Positions 50,032 to 59,964 of a DNA stretch of 64,000 nucleotides are shown piece by piece. Below the pieces are notes generated by a model. That model was not told the origin of the DNA and did not search any database. It saw only the letters and a program-made list of their open reading frames with translations. The DNA lies in the IMG/VR virus record IMGVR_UViG_3300031760_000005, positions 1-64,000 of that record; one strand, given 5' to 3'. Within the stretch, counting starts at the first letter, position 1, and the number at the start of each line of letters is the position of its first letter. A program made the translations under genes and the position numbers. The DNA comes from a virus (taxonomy: Duplodnaviria > Caudoviricetes).

Positions 50032-50499
50032 CTAATATTTATAATGCCAACGTACATGAAATTCATAAGTATTTGTTTCATTACACACCTCTTTTTGATT
50101 ATATAAATTTATCTCAACTTTCAAACCATTATCAGTTAACCATTTTTCATAATAATTTTTATCATTGCTTTTTTCTTCACATATTAATATGAAATCTGCC
50201 CAGCATTGCCCATTATATGCAATGTCTCTCATGGTTTTTTGCATTACATTTAATGTCTCGCTTTTTAACAATTGCCAATCTTTATATTTTTTATCATAAC
50301 ATTCATTATAAAGTTTATCCAATTCATCACATAATTTATAGGATTTATTAGGATATAATTTATCTTTATATTCTATTTTTCCACATTTTTTACATTTCCA
50401 AATAGAACGTTTACCATTACAGTAATTTATTTGATCGCCATATATATTACGAACAAATTCATATTCATGCTCACAAAATAAACTTTTAAACCAACTCAT
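50032..50499 (-). CDS. Hypothetical protein with N-terminal Zn-finger
   Basis: LFCEHEY...CKKCGK. Confidence 0.65.
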   Translation of the reverse strand: MSWFKSLFCEHEYEFVRNIYGDQINYCNGKRSIWKCKKCGKIEYKDKLYPNKSYKLCDELDKLYNECYDKKYKDWQLLKSETLNVMQKTMRDIAYNGQCWADFILICEEKSNDKNYYEKWLTDNGLKVEINLYNQKEVCNETNTYEFHVRWHYKY

Positions 50500-50511
50500 A
50501 TATTTATTATT

Positions 50512-51126
50512 TTATTGTAGTTTTGGATATTTTTTCTCAAATGTGCCATCACCTATTTCATCATCACTTATTATCATATCACCTGTTTTTGGATCAATTC
50601 TTGAATGTTTCTTATGCCATTCATATGATTCTTCATTACTCATTGCTTTAATACCTTTTATATAAAAACCAATTGTATTCTGAGCAACACGAAAAGCAAG
50701 TGGTGTTTGTTGACGTGCCTTTTCATCCTCCATTAATTCATGAGTAGATAAAGAATGATCATAATAAAATTTATTATTGTTTATATTAAGTGCAGTATTA
50801 AAAAATCCTCCAAGTAAAAGACGACGAAGATTATGAGCAAATCTAATGTCTTTATTAGAATAATTATACATTCCAGGATATACTTCTAAAACTCTTGCAT
50901 CTTTAACTAAATATATACGATACCCAAGTTCAAGTAAATCGAATGACAAATGAAGAAGATCATAAGTACGAATTCGCTTACAACCATTTTTGATTGCCTC
51001 TTCTGTGTCAAGATATGAATAACAATCAATAGTAGGTAGTGATATAAATTTATATTCAAATGTATCAAGAATAAAATAGATCTCCTTTTTATTCTTTAAT
51101 CTTTCTTTTTTCCAATCAATTTCCAT
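50512..51126 (-). CDS. Hypothetical protein
   Basis: 204-aa ORF. Confidence 0.65.
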   Translation of the reverse strand: MEIDWKKERLKNKKEIYFILDTFEYKFISLPTIDCYSYLDTEEAIKNGCKRIRTYDLLHLSFDLLELGYRIYLVKDARVLEVYPGMYNYSNKDIRFAHNLRRLLLGGFFNTALNINNNKFYYDHSLSTHELMEDEKARQQTPLAFRVAQNTIGFYIKGIKAMSNEESYEWHKKHSRIDPKTGDMIISDDEIGDGTFEKKYPKLQ

Positions 51127-51138
51127 ACAATCCTATAA

Positions 51139-51393
51139 TTATTTAATAAATGTAATTTCTAAATTTTCATTAAAGACCATAATTAATAATTTAATAAATA
51201 GTACAAACCAAATACAATTATACATAAATTTAATCATTTCACGATATCTAACATACTTATTTGGATCGTCTAATATTTGATCAACAGCCATTTGATTTAC
51301 ACTATTATTAAATATTTCTAACAAATGTATAATTTGATATACGCATAATCTTACAATTAATATAATTAATATAATTTTTATAACTAATGACAT
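51139..51393 (-). CDS. Membrane protein
   Basis: Two hydrophobic helices. Confidence 0.6.
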   Translation of the reverse strand: MSLVIKIILIILIVRLCVYQIIHLLEIFNNSVNQMAVDQILDDPNKYVRYREMIKFMYNCIWFVLFIKLLIMVFNENLEITFIK

Positions 51394-51404
51394 ACTTTTA
51401 ATAT

Positions 51405-53348
51405 TTATATTATTTTAATACGATCTTGTAATTCTATTGGATATTGATTTTTTGTACTATTATATAATGTTTTAAAACATGCATCTAATATATATGTTAC
51501 GCACCAATCTCCATCATAACGAACACCACGACCAATACCCTGAATAATTTCATTTGATGTATGTGAATTATACCATAAAGGATATAATTTATTACGGGCG
51601 TTTACAAGTTTATCCATAAGAGTTGGATATGGTACTTTAAGTATTATAATAAATCTGCAATCATCTCCAGGTAAATCGATACCTGTATTAAGAGTAGGAC
51701 CAACTAATATGGTATCTTGTGACATTTGATGTAATTTTACCATTGTAATTTTTTCACGAGAACCATTATATACTAGCATACGTTGTTTAATTTCTAATGG
51801 AGCATCATTATATAAGCGTTTAGCAAATTCATATGAACCAGTTTGTATCATTCCTTTTTGTTCTTTAAATTTAGTTGAACAAATGGAATAAATAACTGTT
51901 TTTAAATGTCTAAATGATATTTCTCGTTCATTAAAAGACATCTTAAATTTATTAAAGAAATATATAGGGGATTCATTAAAATCAAATGTTGAAGGAATAA
52001 CTGTCATAAATGATTTGTCAACAATAGAATTTTCATGATCATATTCATCTTTTTCTTCATAATGAAATCCCATACGTTCATCAAATGCTGCTTTAGTTCC
52101 TACAGTGGCTGACAACATAACTTTATATGGAGCTTTACGTAATAAGAAATACCAAACTATATAATCTTCTTTAGTACACTTAAATGCCACAGATATATGC
52201 TTATCATCATTCGCTATTGTAATATCTTTTAATAAATAATCTACACCAGTAACATCAATCGCTGTAATAAAATCATTCCAATGACATAAATAATTTTCAT
52301 GCCATGAAGCTATTTTAAACATAGCTATATCATCTTTTGATAAATGCTCATGATTCATTTTTTTACTTGAAATTCTGCTTTTAATATCTTCACAACGTTT
52401 TGTAAAAGCAGTTAGTATTTCAAAATACTTTTTTAAATCATTTATGTCTTCATCTTTACGGGATTCTGGTGTTGTCCATGTTTTCCAGAATTTTTGTAAC
52501 TCTTCTTTAAATACAGTTACATTAGGATATTTAGTATAAACTATATTTTCCGCATCATTCAACTTAAACTCATCAAATAATGATATTTGTGGATCTGTAG
52601 TACCATTATATAAAGATTCTAATTTTTCAAAATCGCTTTCAACAATTGTGGGAGCATATTGTAATTGTACTATTTCTGGTATGTTATGACATTCATCACA
52701 AAATAATACTTGATGAGGAACAAATATTGGCGAACCATGACTATCACAATTAAACTGAGGATTATTCATTATAAATAAGAATAATTGATAAGTCATTATA
52801 CAAACTTTAGCTTTTACAGCCTTTTTTCTTGCTCGTACATATTCACATGTTGCAGCACATTCATACCCATATTTTTTGCATGTTTGCCAATTAAACATAG
52901 CAGCCCATGAAAGACCCGCCATTTTACAATCAGCGTTCTTCATGTCTTCACCATTTAATTTACAAACATAATTACCTGTTTGTCCTTTAAGTGTTGCAAT
53001 ACCTGTCTTCTTATGTTTTTTTAAAAAATTTTCGTATTGCTCCCAAAGAAACAAATCAGATACTAATATATATGAAGTAATATCAAAATATTCAGCTAAT
53101 ACACCAGCAGCTATCATATTTATAAGTGATTTACCAGATCCTGTTGGCGCTTCAACTACATAATTACGATATTTATGTGTTAAAATATTTTGAATAATTG
53201 TAACAATAGTTTCTAACTGATGAGGTCTAAATTCAAATGTTTTACTAATTTTATTATTAACCCAATCTTTTATATATGTAACAATATCTTCATCGGTATA
53301 AGAAATTTCTTCTCTATAATTATAAATATCTAATTCTTTTTTATCCAT
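51405..53348 (-). CDS. DinG/XPD-family SF2 helicase
   Basis: APTGSGKS, four-Cys Fe-S region, DECH, LSAT, GIDLPGD..R, QGIGRGVR. Confidence 0.9.
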   Translation of the reverse strand: MDKKELDIYNYREEISYTDEDIVTYIKDWVNNKISKTFEFRPHQLETIVTIIQNILTHKYRNYVVEAPTGSGKSLINMIAAGVLAEYFDITSYILVSDLFLWEQYENFLKKHKKTGIATLKGQTGNYVCKLNGEDMKNADCKMAGLSWAAMFNWQTCKKYGYECAATCEYVRARKKAVKAKVCIMTYQLFLFIMNNPQFNCDSHGSPIFVPHQVLFCDECHNIPEIVQLQYAPTIVESDFEKLESLYNGTTDPQISLFDEFKLNDAENIVYTKYPNVTVFKEELQKFWKTWTTPESRKDEDINDLKKYFEILTAFTKRCEDIKSRISSKKMNHEHLSKDDIAMFKIASWHENYLCHWNDFITAIDVTGVDYLLKDITIANDDKHISVAFKCTKEDYIVWYFLLRKAPYKVMLSATVGTKAAFDERMGFHYEEKDEYDHENSIVDKSFMTVIPSTFDFNESPIYFFNKFKMSFNEREISFRHLKTVIYSICSTKFKEQKGMIQTGSYEFAKRLYNDAPLEIKQRMLVYNGSREKITMVKLHQMSQDTILVGPTLNTGIDLPGDDCRFIIILKVPYPTLMDKLVNARNKLYPLWYNSHTSNEIIQGIGRGVRYDGDWCVTYILDACFKTLYNSTKNQYPIELQDRIKII

Positions 53349-53400
53349 TAATTAAACTTTTAATACTTAATATTAAAATAGAATATAATGTATAAAAATT

Positions 53401-53433
53401 AAAAGCGGAAGAAGATTTATTTCTTCTTTTGCT
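53401..53433 (-). terminator. Terminator-like hairpin
   Basis: AAGCGGAAGAAGA-TTTA-TTTCTTCTTTTGCTT imperfect stem. Confidence 0.55.
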
Positions 53434-53606
53434 TATATGATTCTCAATCAACTTGAATACTATATCGCCATGCAGAATGTCTAGTATTGATTTTTTGAAC
53501 CTTGGGAGTTTTTGTAACGTTACCGAACTTTATCCTATTAAACTCTAGATTGGGATTTTTATATTTTATTAAATTATATCTTATATGTAAAAATTATATC
53601 TTTATT

Positions 53607-53898
53607 TTAGGGTCGATCTCTAATCATCTTACTTATAATTTAAAAGTTCTACTAATTTATATTATATTAATTATCATTTTATCAAGTTTAATTATTTATT
53701 AGGGTCGATCTCGTATCATATTATATAATTTCAAAATTCTACTAATATCTTACAAATTATCATCTTATCAAGTTTAATTATTTATTAAGGTCAATCTCGT
53801 ATCATATTATCTAATTTTAAATTCTTCTAATATATCTTACAAATTATCATCTATTTCTATATCATTAATTTTAATTAGGGCGGAGGTCGTACTTCCAT
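53607..53898 (-). repeat. Intergenic tandem repeat, about 3 units of 86-92 bp plus a related fourth core
   Basis: Cores TTAGGGTCGATCTC at 53607 and 53699, TTAAGGTCAATCTC at 53785, TTAGGGCGGAGG at 53875; homologous spacers. Confidence 0.85.
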
Positions 53899-53909
53899 AA
53901 TTTTAAAAT

Positions 53910-54197
53910 TTAAAGGGTTTCTTTAGGATCAAGTGAAATATATGTTCTTACTGTCTTCTGTTTATTATGATAAATTACCGTGGTATTATTTGCACCATAG
54001 CAAATAAATTCATTAGTTTTATGACCATTTACTTCATAATACTTAGCATTATATTCATCAATCAAATTATTAAAAGTTTCTTCAGCTTTCCTTATATCAG
54101 TAAAAAGAAGAATATCATTAGCTCTATCAATTGCCATTGCATAATCAGTATTATTAGCAGTGAAGAAACTCTGAATTGTAATCTGATAGATTTTCAT
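53910..54197 (-). CDS. Hypothetical early protein
   Basis: 95-aa ORF behind promoter cassette. Confidence 0.7.
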   Translation of the reverse strand: MKIYQITIQSFFTANNTDYAMAIDRANDILLFTDIRKAEETFNNLIDEYNAKYYEVNGHKTNEFICYGANNTTVIYHNKQKTVRTYISLDPKETL

Positions 54198-54202
54198 TTT
54201 TG

Positions 54203-54255
54203 TTTGTTTGTTTGATTTACATATATAATATAGAAATTGTTTTATGAAAATTCAA
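54203..54255 (-). promoter_or_regulatory. Promoter/leader cassette copy 1
   Basis: TTGAAT-N17-TATATT; 34 bp identical to 54535-54568. Confidence 0.75.
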
Positions 54256-54270
54256 ATAATATATAAAAAA

Positions 54271-54522
54271 TTAATGAAAAACTTCTAATTTATAATTTGC
54301 CTCACGAAGCTGTTCAACATTACAAGTACAAATCTTAGACAAATTAAATTTCTTACCATAAAACTTAGTACGAGCTTTATTCTTAAATTGATAAGCCTCT
54401 GTAGGATTTTCTGTCAACTCACCATTAAGATTTTTAAGATATTCATTCTTGTTTGTAGCAATAATGAAACGTTTAACGTTGACAATTCTCGGATTTGAAA
54501 TGTTAATTGTTGTTGTTTTCAT
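54271..54522 (-). CDS. Hypothetical early protein
   Basis: 83-aa ORF behind promoter cassette. Confidence 0.7.
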   Translation of the reverse strand: MKTTTINISNPRIVNVKRFIIATNKNEYLKNLNGELTENPTEAYQFKNKARTKFYGKKFNLSKICTCNVEQLREANYKLEVFH

Positions 54523-54534
54523 CTTTAGTAGTTT

Positions 54535-54600
54535 TTTGTTTGTTTGATTTACATATATAATATAGAAAATGCTCGAAAAAATTCAAATTTTCGAGCACTT
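54535..54600 (-). promoter_or_regulatory. Promoter/leader cassette copy 2 with stem-loop
   Basis: TTGAAT-N16-TATATT; TGCTCGAAAA...TTTTCGAGCA stem around the -35. Confidence 0.7.
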
Positions 54601-54645
54601 TTTTTCAATAATATTTAAAAAATATTATACTATATTTATTTTTCT

Positions 54646-54975
54646 TTAATTGGATCTTTTATAGTAGTTGGTTTCAAGTTCTAATTCTGTTCCATTTTTA
54701 TCAAATTTTGATTTTTTAATAATTTCTATTGGTGCAGTTGTAGACAATAACTCTTCTTCTCTTTCCTTTTCAATTAAATAATTTGTTCCATTAAATGAAC
54801 ATACCTCGGTAATATTATCAGTATAAAATATATAAGTTTCTACATGATAAGTAGAATAATGAACATTTATCTCGGTTTTATATTTATTTGTTATATTAAT
54901 TGTTTTTATATTATTTCCACAACCTATAAATAAAATTGCACATAATATAATAATTATTCTCTTATAAGTTGCCAT
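54646..54975 (-). CDS. Putative lipoprotein
   Basis: Hydrophobic N-term with FIGC. Confidence 0.55.
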   Translation of the reverse strand: MATYKRIIIILCAILFIGCGNNIKTINITNKYKTEINVHYSTYHVETYIFYTDNITEVCSFNGTNYLIEKEREEELLSTTAPIEIIKKSKFDKNGTELELETNYYKRSN

Positions 54976-55559
54976 TTATTATCATTCTTATTTTTATATG
55001 TTGATTTATTTAGTTTATCAATTAAATAATTAAATCCTACAAATAATCCATCTTCATCATAATTACTTATTCCAAATAATTTACAGAAAAATTGTCTTAA
55101 TTGATCATAGTTAAATTGATTTATTGATTCAAGATATGTACCCCTCTGTTCCAATATTTTGTCTTCAATATCATCTAATACTTCACTTTGATAAAATTCC
55201 CTAATAGTACTATCATGATCATCCAATACCCAACTTCCTTCAAGATGATCTAACATATCTTCATCAGATAAATAGTTAAGTATATAATATTTATCTAAGC
55301 AATCAAGAATATCTTCAGTACCATATTTACGGTCAAGTTTATCTACTATATCATCAATTGGAGCATTTTCTACTACAAAATCTATATCAGCATCTTCACA
55401 TATACGATTCGGATCTTTATATATATCAACTGCATCAATAATATCAGAACTAGAAATTTTATCATTTTCAAGCCCAGCCGTCAAGAGTTCTTCTAATGAA
55501 AATTTTTCCCAAATATTTTTTAACTCTTTTTGCCTCAATTTTTCTTTATTATTTTCCAT
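54954..55559 (-). CDS. Acidic hypothetical protein
   Basis: 201-aa ORF. Confidence 0.65.
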   Translation of the reverse strand: MENNKEKLRQKELKNIWEKFSLEELLTAGLENDKISSSDIIDAVDIYKDPNRICEDADIDFVVENAPIDDIVDKLDRKYGTEDILDCLDKYYILNYLSDEDMLDHLEGSWVLDDHDSTIREFYQSEVLDDIEDKILEQRGTYLESINQFNYDQLRQFFCKLFGISNYDEDGLFVGFNYLIDKLNKSTYKNKNDNKWQLIRE

Positions 55560-55576
55560 AATAAATTATATATTTG

Positions 55577-56329
55577 TTAACTGAAAACTTTTTTGAATGC
55601 TACATAATTTCCATTACCATTATCAGGAATTGCAAAAATAACTTTTTCAAATTTATAATCTTTAAGAAATTCTTTGAAAATTGATGCAACCAATGTTGGG
55701 TCATTACCAAATACTCCGCAACCAAATGCACCAAGAATTAATATTTCCTGGTCATGTACTTTCGCCATATCTAATACAAACTTTATTCTTGATTCAAGTG
55801 TTTTAAGATAAAGATTTTCATCAGAATAGTATTTTTTATATACATTATAATTTGGTGCAGGACATGTAATTACATTTACTAGTAAATCTGAATTTTCACC
55901 AAATTTAAAATAGATAGAAGGAGAAAATATACCCCAATCTTCATAAAGTCCTGTCTCAAATGAACGCTTATAGAAATTTTCATCATATTTATCTTTAAAT
56001 GCTATCAATACATTATAAAGATTACTAACATGACATAATGCTTCTTCTTGTGCAATAGCACCTTTAATAAATCCTCCACCAGGACGTGTAAAACTGGCAA
56101 AATTCAATACACATAATTGTTTAAACGGTTGCGCGTATTTTGCAATTGCATTTTCGGTAGTGGAATCAATTACTTCAATACTATTATCATAAGTAAATTT
56201 TGGATAATGATTTTTATCATATATAACTGAATTTACTCGTGAGTTTTTAGTAATTCGTGATACAAAAGTATCATTTTCCATCTCATCGAAATGCTTTTCA
56301 GCAATTATTCTTCTTTCTTCTTTTGTCAT
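55577..56329 (-). CDS. TIGR02452 family PARG-like macrodomain protein
   Basis: VLNFAS...PGGGF..G..AQEEALC, ILGAFGCGVFGNDP. Confidence 0.9.
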   Translation of the reverse strand: MTKEERRIIAEKHFDEMENDTFVSRITKNSRVNSVIYDKNHYPKFTYDNSIEVIDSTTENAIAKYAQPFKQLCVLNFASFTRPGGGFIKGAIAQEEALCHVSNLYNVLIAFKDKYDENFYKRSFETGLYEDWGIFSPSIYFKFGENSDLLVNVITCPAPNYNVYKKYYSDENLYLKTLESRIKFVLDMAKVHDQEILILGAFGCGVFGNDPTLVASIFKEFLKDYKFEKVIFAIPDNGNGNYVAFKKVFS

Positions 56330-56667
56330 GATAGTTTAAATTCTGTAAAGTTAATTAAAATACATATTGCATTATCTAATTCATCCAAAGACATTACCTC
56401 CCCTATTGTTTCATATTGATTTTTTTCAAATCTCAACGTAAACATCCCATAATAATCAGGACATGGATCTACTCGTTCTGGTGAATATTCAGTATGCTCA
56501 TCTTCATAATTAATATAAATTTGTCGATATGATTCACCTTTGTCTTTGAGTAAATCATTAAGTTCATCCACATCTTTTAATATCGCTTTAAGATGACGTT
56601 TACCATAATCTAAAGCATAACCATCTATATATTTAATATTCTTAATATTGTCAATAGTTACTTTCAT
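56326..56667 (-). CDS. Hypothetical protein
   Basis: 113-aa ORF. Confidence 0.65.
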   Translation of the reverse strand: MKVTIDNIKNIKYIDGYALDYGKRHLKAILKDVDELNDLLKDKGESYRQIYINYEDEHTEYSPERVDPCPDYYGMFTLRFEKNQYETIGEVMSLDELDNAICILINFTEFKLS

Positions 56668-56733
56668 AATTAAATATCTTTATATCTTAATATATAAATT
56701 TCAAATTTAATATAGTAATTTTTAATGAAATTT

Positions 56734-57192
56734 CTATGAAATAATTTTATTCTTCAGAGTTCTTTGTAAAACTATATTTTCCTTGTCTACATATAATTTA
56801 TGCAGTTGCCAAAGTTGTTCAGAATTTTTATACTCAGGATATAACTTACGTACATGATCAGTTATAAATTCTTGAGTAACTGGAAATGCATCATCATCAA
56901 ATTTAAGCTTTAGTCTTACTCTTCCAGGTCCAAAATATGATAAATCATAATTTAAATTTCTAATTGTATCGCATACCTCAACTACTCGATGATCATCATT
57001 ATCATTCCAAATTGGAAAATATTCCCAACATGAAAACTTTCTATAATAGAATTGTACATAACCATTTGCATCTATTCTGTATATAGGTTTGCGTTGATCA
57101 GAAAAAATCTCATTCCACAAAATACAACAAATAATACATAAAATTGCTGGTATAAACCAATACCAGAAATAAGTCATCACTACATTATCCAT
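56734..57192 (-). CDS. Membrane-anchored hypothetical protein
   Basis: N-terminal hydrophobic helix. Confidence 0.6.
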   Translation of the reverse strand: MDNVVMTYFWYWFIPAILCIICCILWNEIFSDQRKPIYRIDANGYVQFYYRKFSCWEYFPIWNDNDDHRVVEVCDTIRNLNYDLSYFGPGRVRLKLKFDDDAFPVTQEFITDHVRKLYPEYKNSEQLWQLHKLYVDKENIVLQRTLKNKIIS

Positions 57193-57194
57193 AA

Positions 57195-57686
57195 TTATCC
57201 TTCATATTTTACTGGTTCATCATCCCATGTTAATTCTCTTCCAATTAGTTTTTTAATTGTTCCTTTTGGTAAATAACACCAATGAGGATAAGCACCCCAT
57301 TTAGCCATATCGATATCTTCCGGTATTTCTACCCAATGGTCATCTTTCATTTGTGTGTCATCATATGAACAAATTTTGTTTTTTTCATCAAATGATTTCT
57401 TACGAATTTCCGGATCTAATGAATATTGACTATGCCATAACTTGGGAGAAAATCTTTGAAATCCATTTTTCAAAGTAGTCATACGTTCATTACCATTAGA
57501 ATCAACAGCCAACCAAATAAATATATCATCAGTGGACTCTTCATTTCCTTCCCAATTAGGATCTACACCCTCATCAATTACTAAACCTAAATTTTCAATA
57601 ATTTTAGCGGCTTCCTCTAAAGATAATTTATATTCTTTCATATTTATATAGTTATTAATTCGGCTTTCTTCCAATTCTTTGTCCAA
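57195..57686 (-). CDS. Hypothetical phage protein
   Basis: WLAVD..G.E and LPKGTIKKLIGRELTWDDEPV motifs. Confidence 0.7.
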   Translation of the reverse strand: MDKELEESRINNYINMKEYKLSLEEAAKIIENLGLVIDEGVDPNWEGNEESTDDIFIWLAVDSNGNERMTTLKNGFQRFSPKLWHSQYSLDPEIRKKSFDEKNKICSYDDTQMKDDHWVEIPEDIDMAKWGAYPHWCYLPKGTIKKLIGRELTWDDEPVKYEG

Positions 57687-58309
57687 TGTTCGTCAGTTTG
57701 TACGTGCCCGGGTCTGACCCACTTACAAACATAATATGGAAAGTATTTATCTTCAAAAGTCTTTGTTAATCTTATAACAACACCTTCTCGTTGAGGCCCG
57801 TATAATGATGGTTCGCTTGTAAATTTTTCAACAAGATTTTTAAGTTGTTCTTCTGATTCTATCTTTCCTCTCCATAATTCAGGAACTGTTGGGACATTAA
57901 GAATCTTGGCAAACTCGTTTACTTCATCCCAACTCATCCAATAATTTATATCACTATCGTATCCGGCAAATATAAACCAATATGCATGTAACTTATCATA
58001 ATGAATAGAGTGTTCACCATACAAATTTTCACCAAATATCATTTCATCGTCAGCTAATAAAGGCTTAATTCTCCAATACAAACCATCAGAAGGATCCCAT
58101 AAATTACGAGACCAGGGGGAACGTGTAGGTGCACCATGAGAACGGGCATAAACATCTTGAAAAGTAAAACACGTATTCTCACCGTCCATTTTTTCGGTTA
58201 TAACAATCTCTTGACCTTTGAAATTATTAAACCAATTACCCTGAAGCTTCTTATCATCCTTAGTAGCTCCAGGTGAATATGGTAAATGATATGTTCTTGG
58301 GTATTTCAT
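57644..58309 (-). CDS. RNA ligase (nucleotidyltransferase family)
   Basis: KYPRTYHLP.SPG...DD, TEKMDGEN, FGEN, REGVVIR, KWVR..HVQTDEHW. Confidence 0.9.
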   Translation of the reverse strand: MKYPRTYHLPYSPGATKDDKKLQGNWFNNFKGQEIVITEKMDGENTCFTFQDVYARSHGAPTRSPWSRNLWDPSDGLYWRIKPLLADDEMIFGENLYGEHSIHYDKLHAYWFIFAGYDSDINYWMSWDEVNEFAKILNVPTVPELWRGKIESEEQLKNLVEKFTSEPSLYGPQREGVVIRLTKTFEDKYFPYYVCKWVRPGHVQTDEHWTKNWKKAELITI

Positions 58310-58797
58310 TTTATTTTCTTTAATTTGATTGTACTAGCATTCTGTATTATTTGGCACATTTCTCCCTTTTCATCGCGTGCCCAACAACGAGATCTACCTG
58401 TAATAGTTTTCATTCCCTTCAAATCAGGAAACATCTTATAAAATCTTTTCCAAGCCGTTTTACGTTTAAGCTTAGGAACTCTAATCTGAGGACTCCACGA
58501 CCAATCAGTACCAGTGTCAATAAAACTTAAATCATTATCTTTTCGTCTTTGAGGCTTCTTATAAGTGTATGAATATCGCTGAACATGATAATCAATTTCA
58601 GCTAACATTTTATTGGCATAATCTAATCGTTTATAAATATAATTCTCATCTTGACAATCATGCAATGTGCCAACCTTAAAATAACTTCGTTCACCATTAA
58701 GCCAATTTTGACATTGTTTGACTACTGTCTCCCAATTATCTTTAAAATGCTCTCTAAATGCATTTGTATATTCTTCAAGTGAGTTACATCTTTTCAT
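58306..58797 (-). CDS. Hypothetical protein
   Basis: IRVPKLKRKTAWKRFYKMFP motif. Confidence 0.65.
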   Translation of the reverse strand: MKRCNSLEEYTNAFREHFKDNWETVVKQCQNWLNGERSYFKVGTLHDCQDENYIYKRLDYANKMLAEIDYHVQRYSYTYKKPQRRKDNDLSFIDTGTDWSWSPQIRVPKLKRKTAWKRFYKMFPDLKGMKTITGRSRCWARDEKGEMCQIIQNASTIKLKKIK

Positions 58798-58862
58798 ATC
58801 CCTATATTTCTATTATGTATAAATATAGTAATGATTTGTTAGAAATTAAATATAATTTGAAT

Positions 58863-59171
58863 TTATTTCCTTGCAAGTTCGTCGCATTCACAACTTACAA
58901 TTTCCATTCCTCTATATTCAATAAACTTATTAAAGAACTCAATAGCTTCAGGACACAAATCCAAAAATATATCAAATATATATGCAGCATCACCTATATT
59001 TAATTGCATTTTTGTACCTAAATCTGCATCTTCAAATGTTATTGAATCTGTAAGTGAATTACTAGTTGCACCATCGGCATTTACAAAAGTTGCTGAACAT
59101 GAATTTTCATGAAAGTATTTAGAATTTTTATCTAACTCATCAAGTAATACTTCAAAATTTTCGTTAGTCAT
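58863..59171 (-). CDS. Hypothetical protein
   Basis: 102-aa ORF. Confidence 0.6.
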   Translation of the reverse strand: MTNENFEVLLDELDKNSKYFHENSCSATFVNADGATSNSLTDSITFEDADLGTKMQLNIGDAAYIFDIFLDLCPEAIEFFNKFIEYRGMEIVSCECDELARK

Positions 59172-59187
59172 AATTATTTATTTAATT

Positions 59188-59370
59188 TTAATATGATTCA
59201 GAAGCATAAAAAGATTCACCACAACTACATGTGACATCATATTCTTTATTACCATCATCTAATGTTTGATAATATTCATCTTCCCACACTTCTACTTGTT
59301 TTCCACATGCAGGACACCATGCCCACATTTCTCCATTATCTTCTATTTTAAGATTTGCTACTAAACTCAT
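59188..59370 (-). CDS. Small zinc-ribbon protein
   Basis: CPACG...CSCG. Confidence 0.65.
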   Translation of the reverse strand: MSLVANLKIEDNGEMWAWCPACGKQVEVWEDEYYQTLDDGNKEYDVTCSCGESFYASESY

Positions 59371-59593
59371 TTTTACTTAATTTATACATAAATATTTCTT
59401 CAGCTTCTATTATAAAATGATGTCGTTCAAAAAATGACAAATAACGATTTTCTGCTTCTTTTATAATTTCTGCTTCAGATTTTATTTCTTCACAATGTGC
59501 AGCCCACCAATCAGCAGCTCTACGTGCTTCCTGACATTTTAATTTGACATCTTCTTCAATTTCTTTACTTCGACGTTCCGAATATTCAGACAT
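59348..59593 (-). CDS. Hypothetical protein
   Basis: 81-aa ORF. Confidence 0.6.
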   Translation of the reverse strand: MSEYSERRSKEIEEDVKLKCQEARRAADWWAAHCEEIKSEAEIIKEAENRYLSFFERHHFIIEAEEIFMYKLSKNEFSSKS

Positions 59594-59595
59594 AT

Positions 59596-59964
59596 TTATA
59601 ACAATTTAAATTCATATTTTACCCAATATGCATCTTCTTCATCTAAATTTGAGTTACATTCTGCTTGATGTTTCAATTCATCAAATACACAAATCCATTT
59701 TTTATTCCATTCTTGTAAATCCTTTGGATTTTTAATGTTTTCTCTAAAAATCTTAAATGTTATATAATGGCTAAGTTCTTCAACAACAACATATTTGGGA
59801 ATAGGTATATTATATTTACTAAATGCATAACGAATTGATGCATCAACCTGTACATACCACCAAGTATCTTTACTAAGTGGAATTTCTTTCAAATCAAATT
59901 CCAATGTTTCTTTATTGAAAAATTGTTTAAAATATTTAGTTTGCTTATTATAATCAGTTTTCAT
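59596..59964 (-). CDS. Hypothetical protein
   Basis: 122-aa ORF. Confidence 0.6.
   Translation of the reverse strand: MKTDYNKQTKYFKQFFNKETLEFDLKEIPLSKDTWWYVQVDASIRYAFSKYNIPIPKYVVVEELSHYITFKIFRENIKNPKDLQEWNKKWICVFDELKHQAECNSNLDEEDAYWVKYEFKLL

Noticed and set aside
53502-53702. 66-aa hydrophobic plus-strand ORF
   Set aside because: TTG start, runs through AT-rich repeats against local gene orientation; likely spurious
53607-53898. CRISPR mini-array
   Set aside because: Spacers are homologous to each other, the conserved core is only about 14-21 nt, and no cas genes are present
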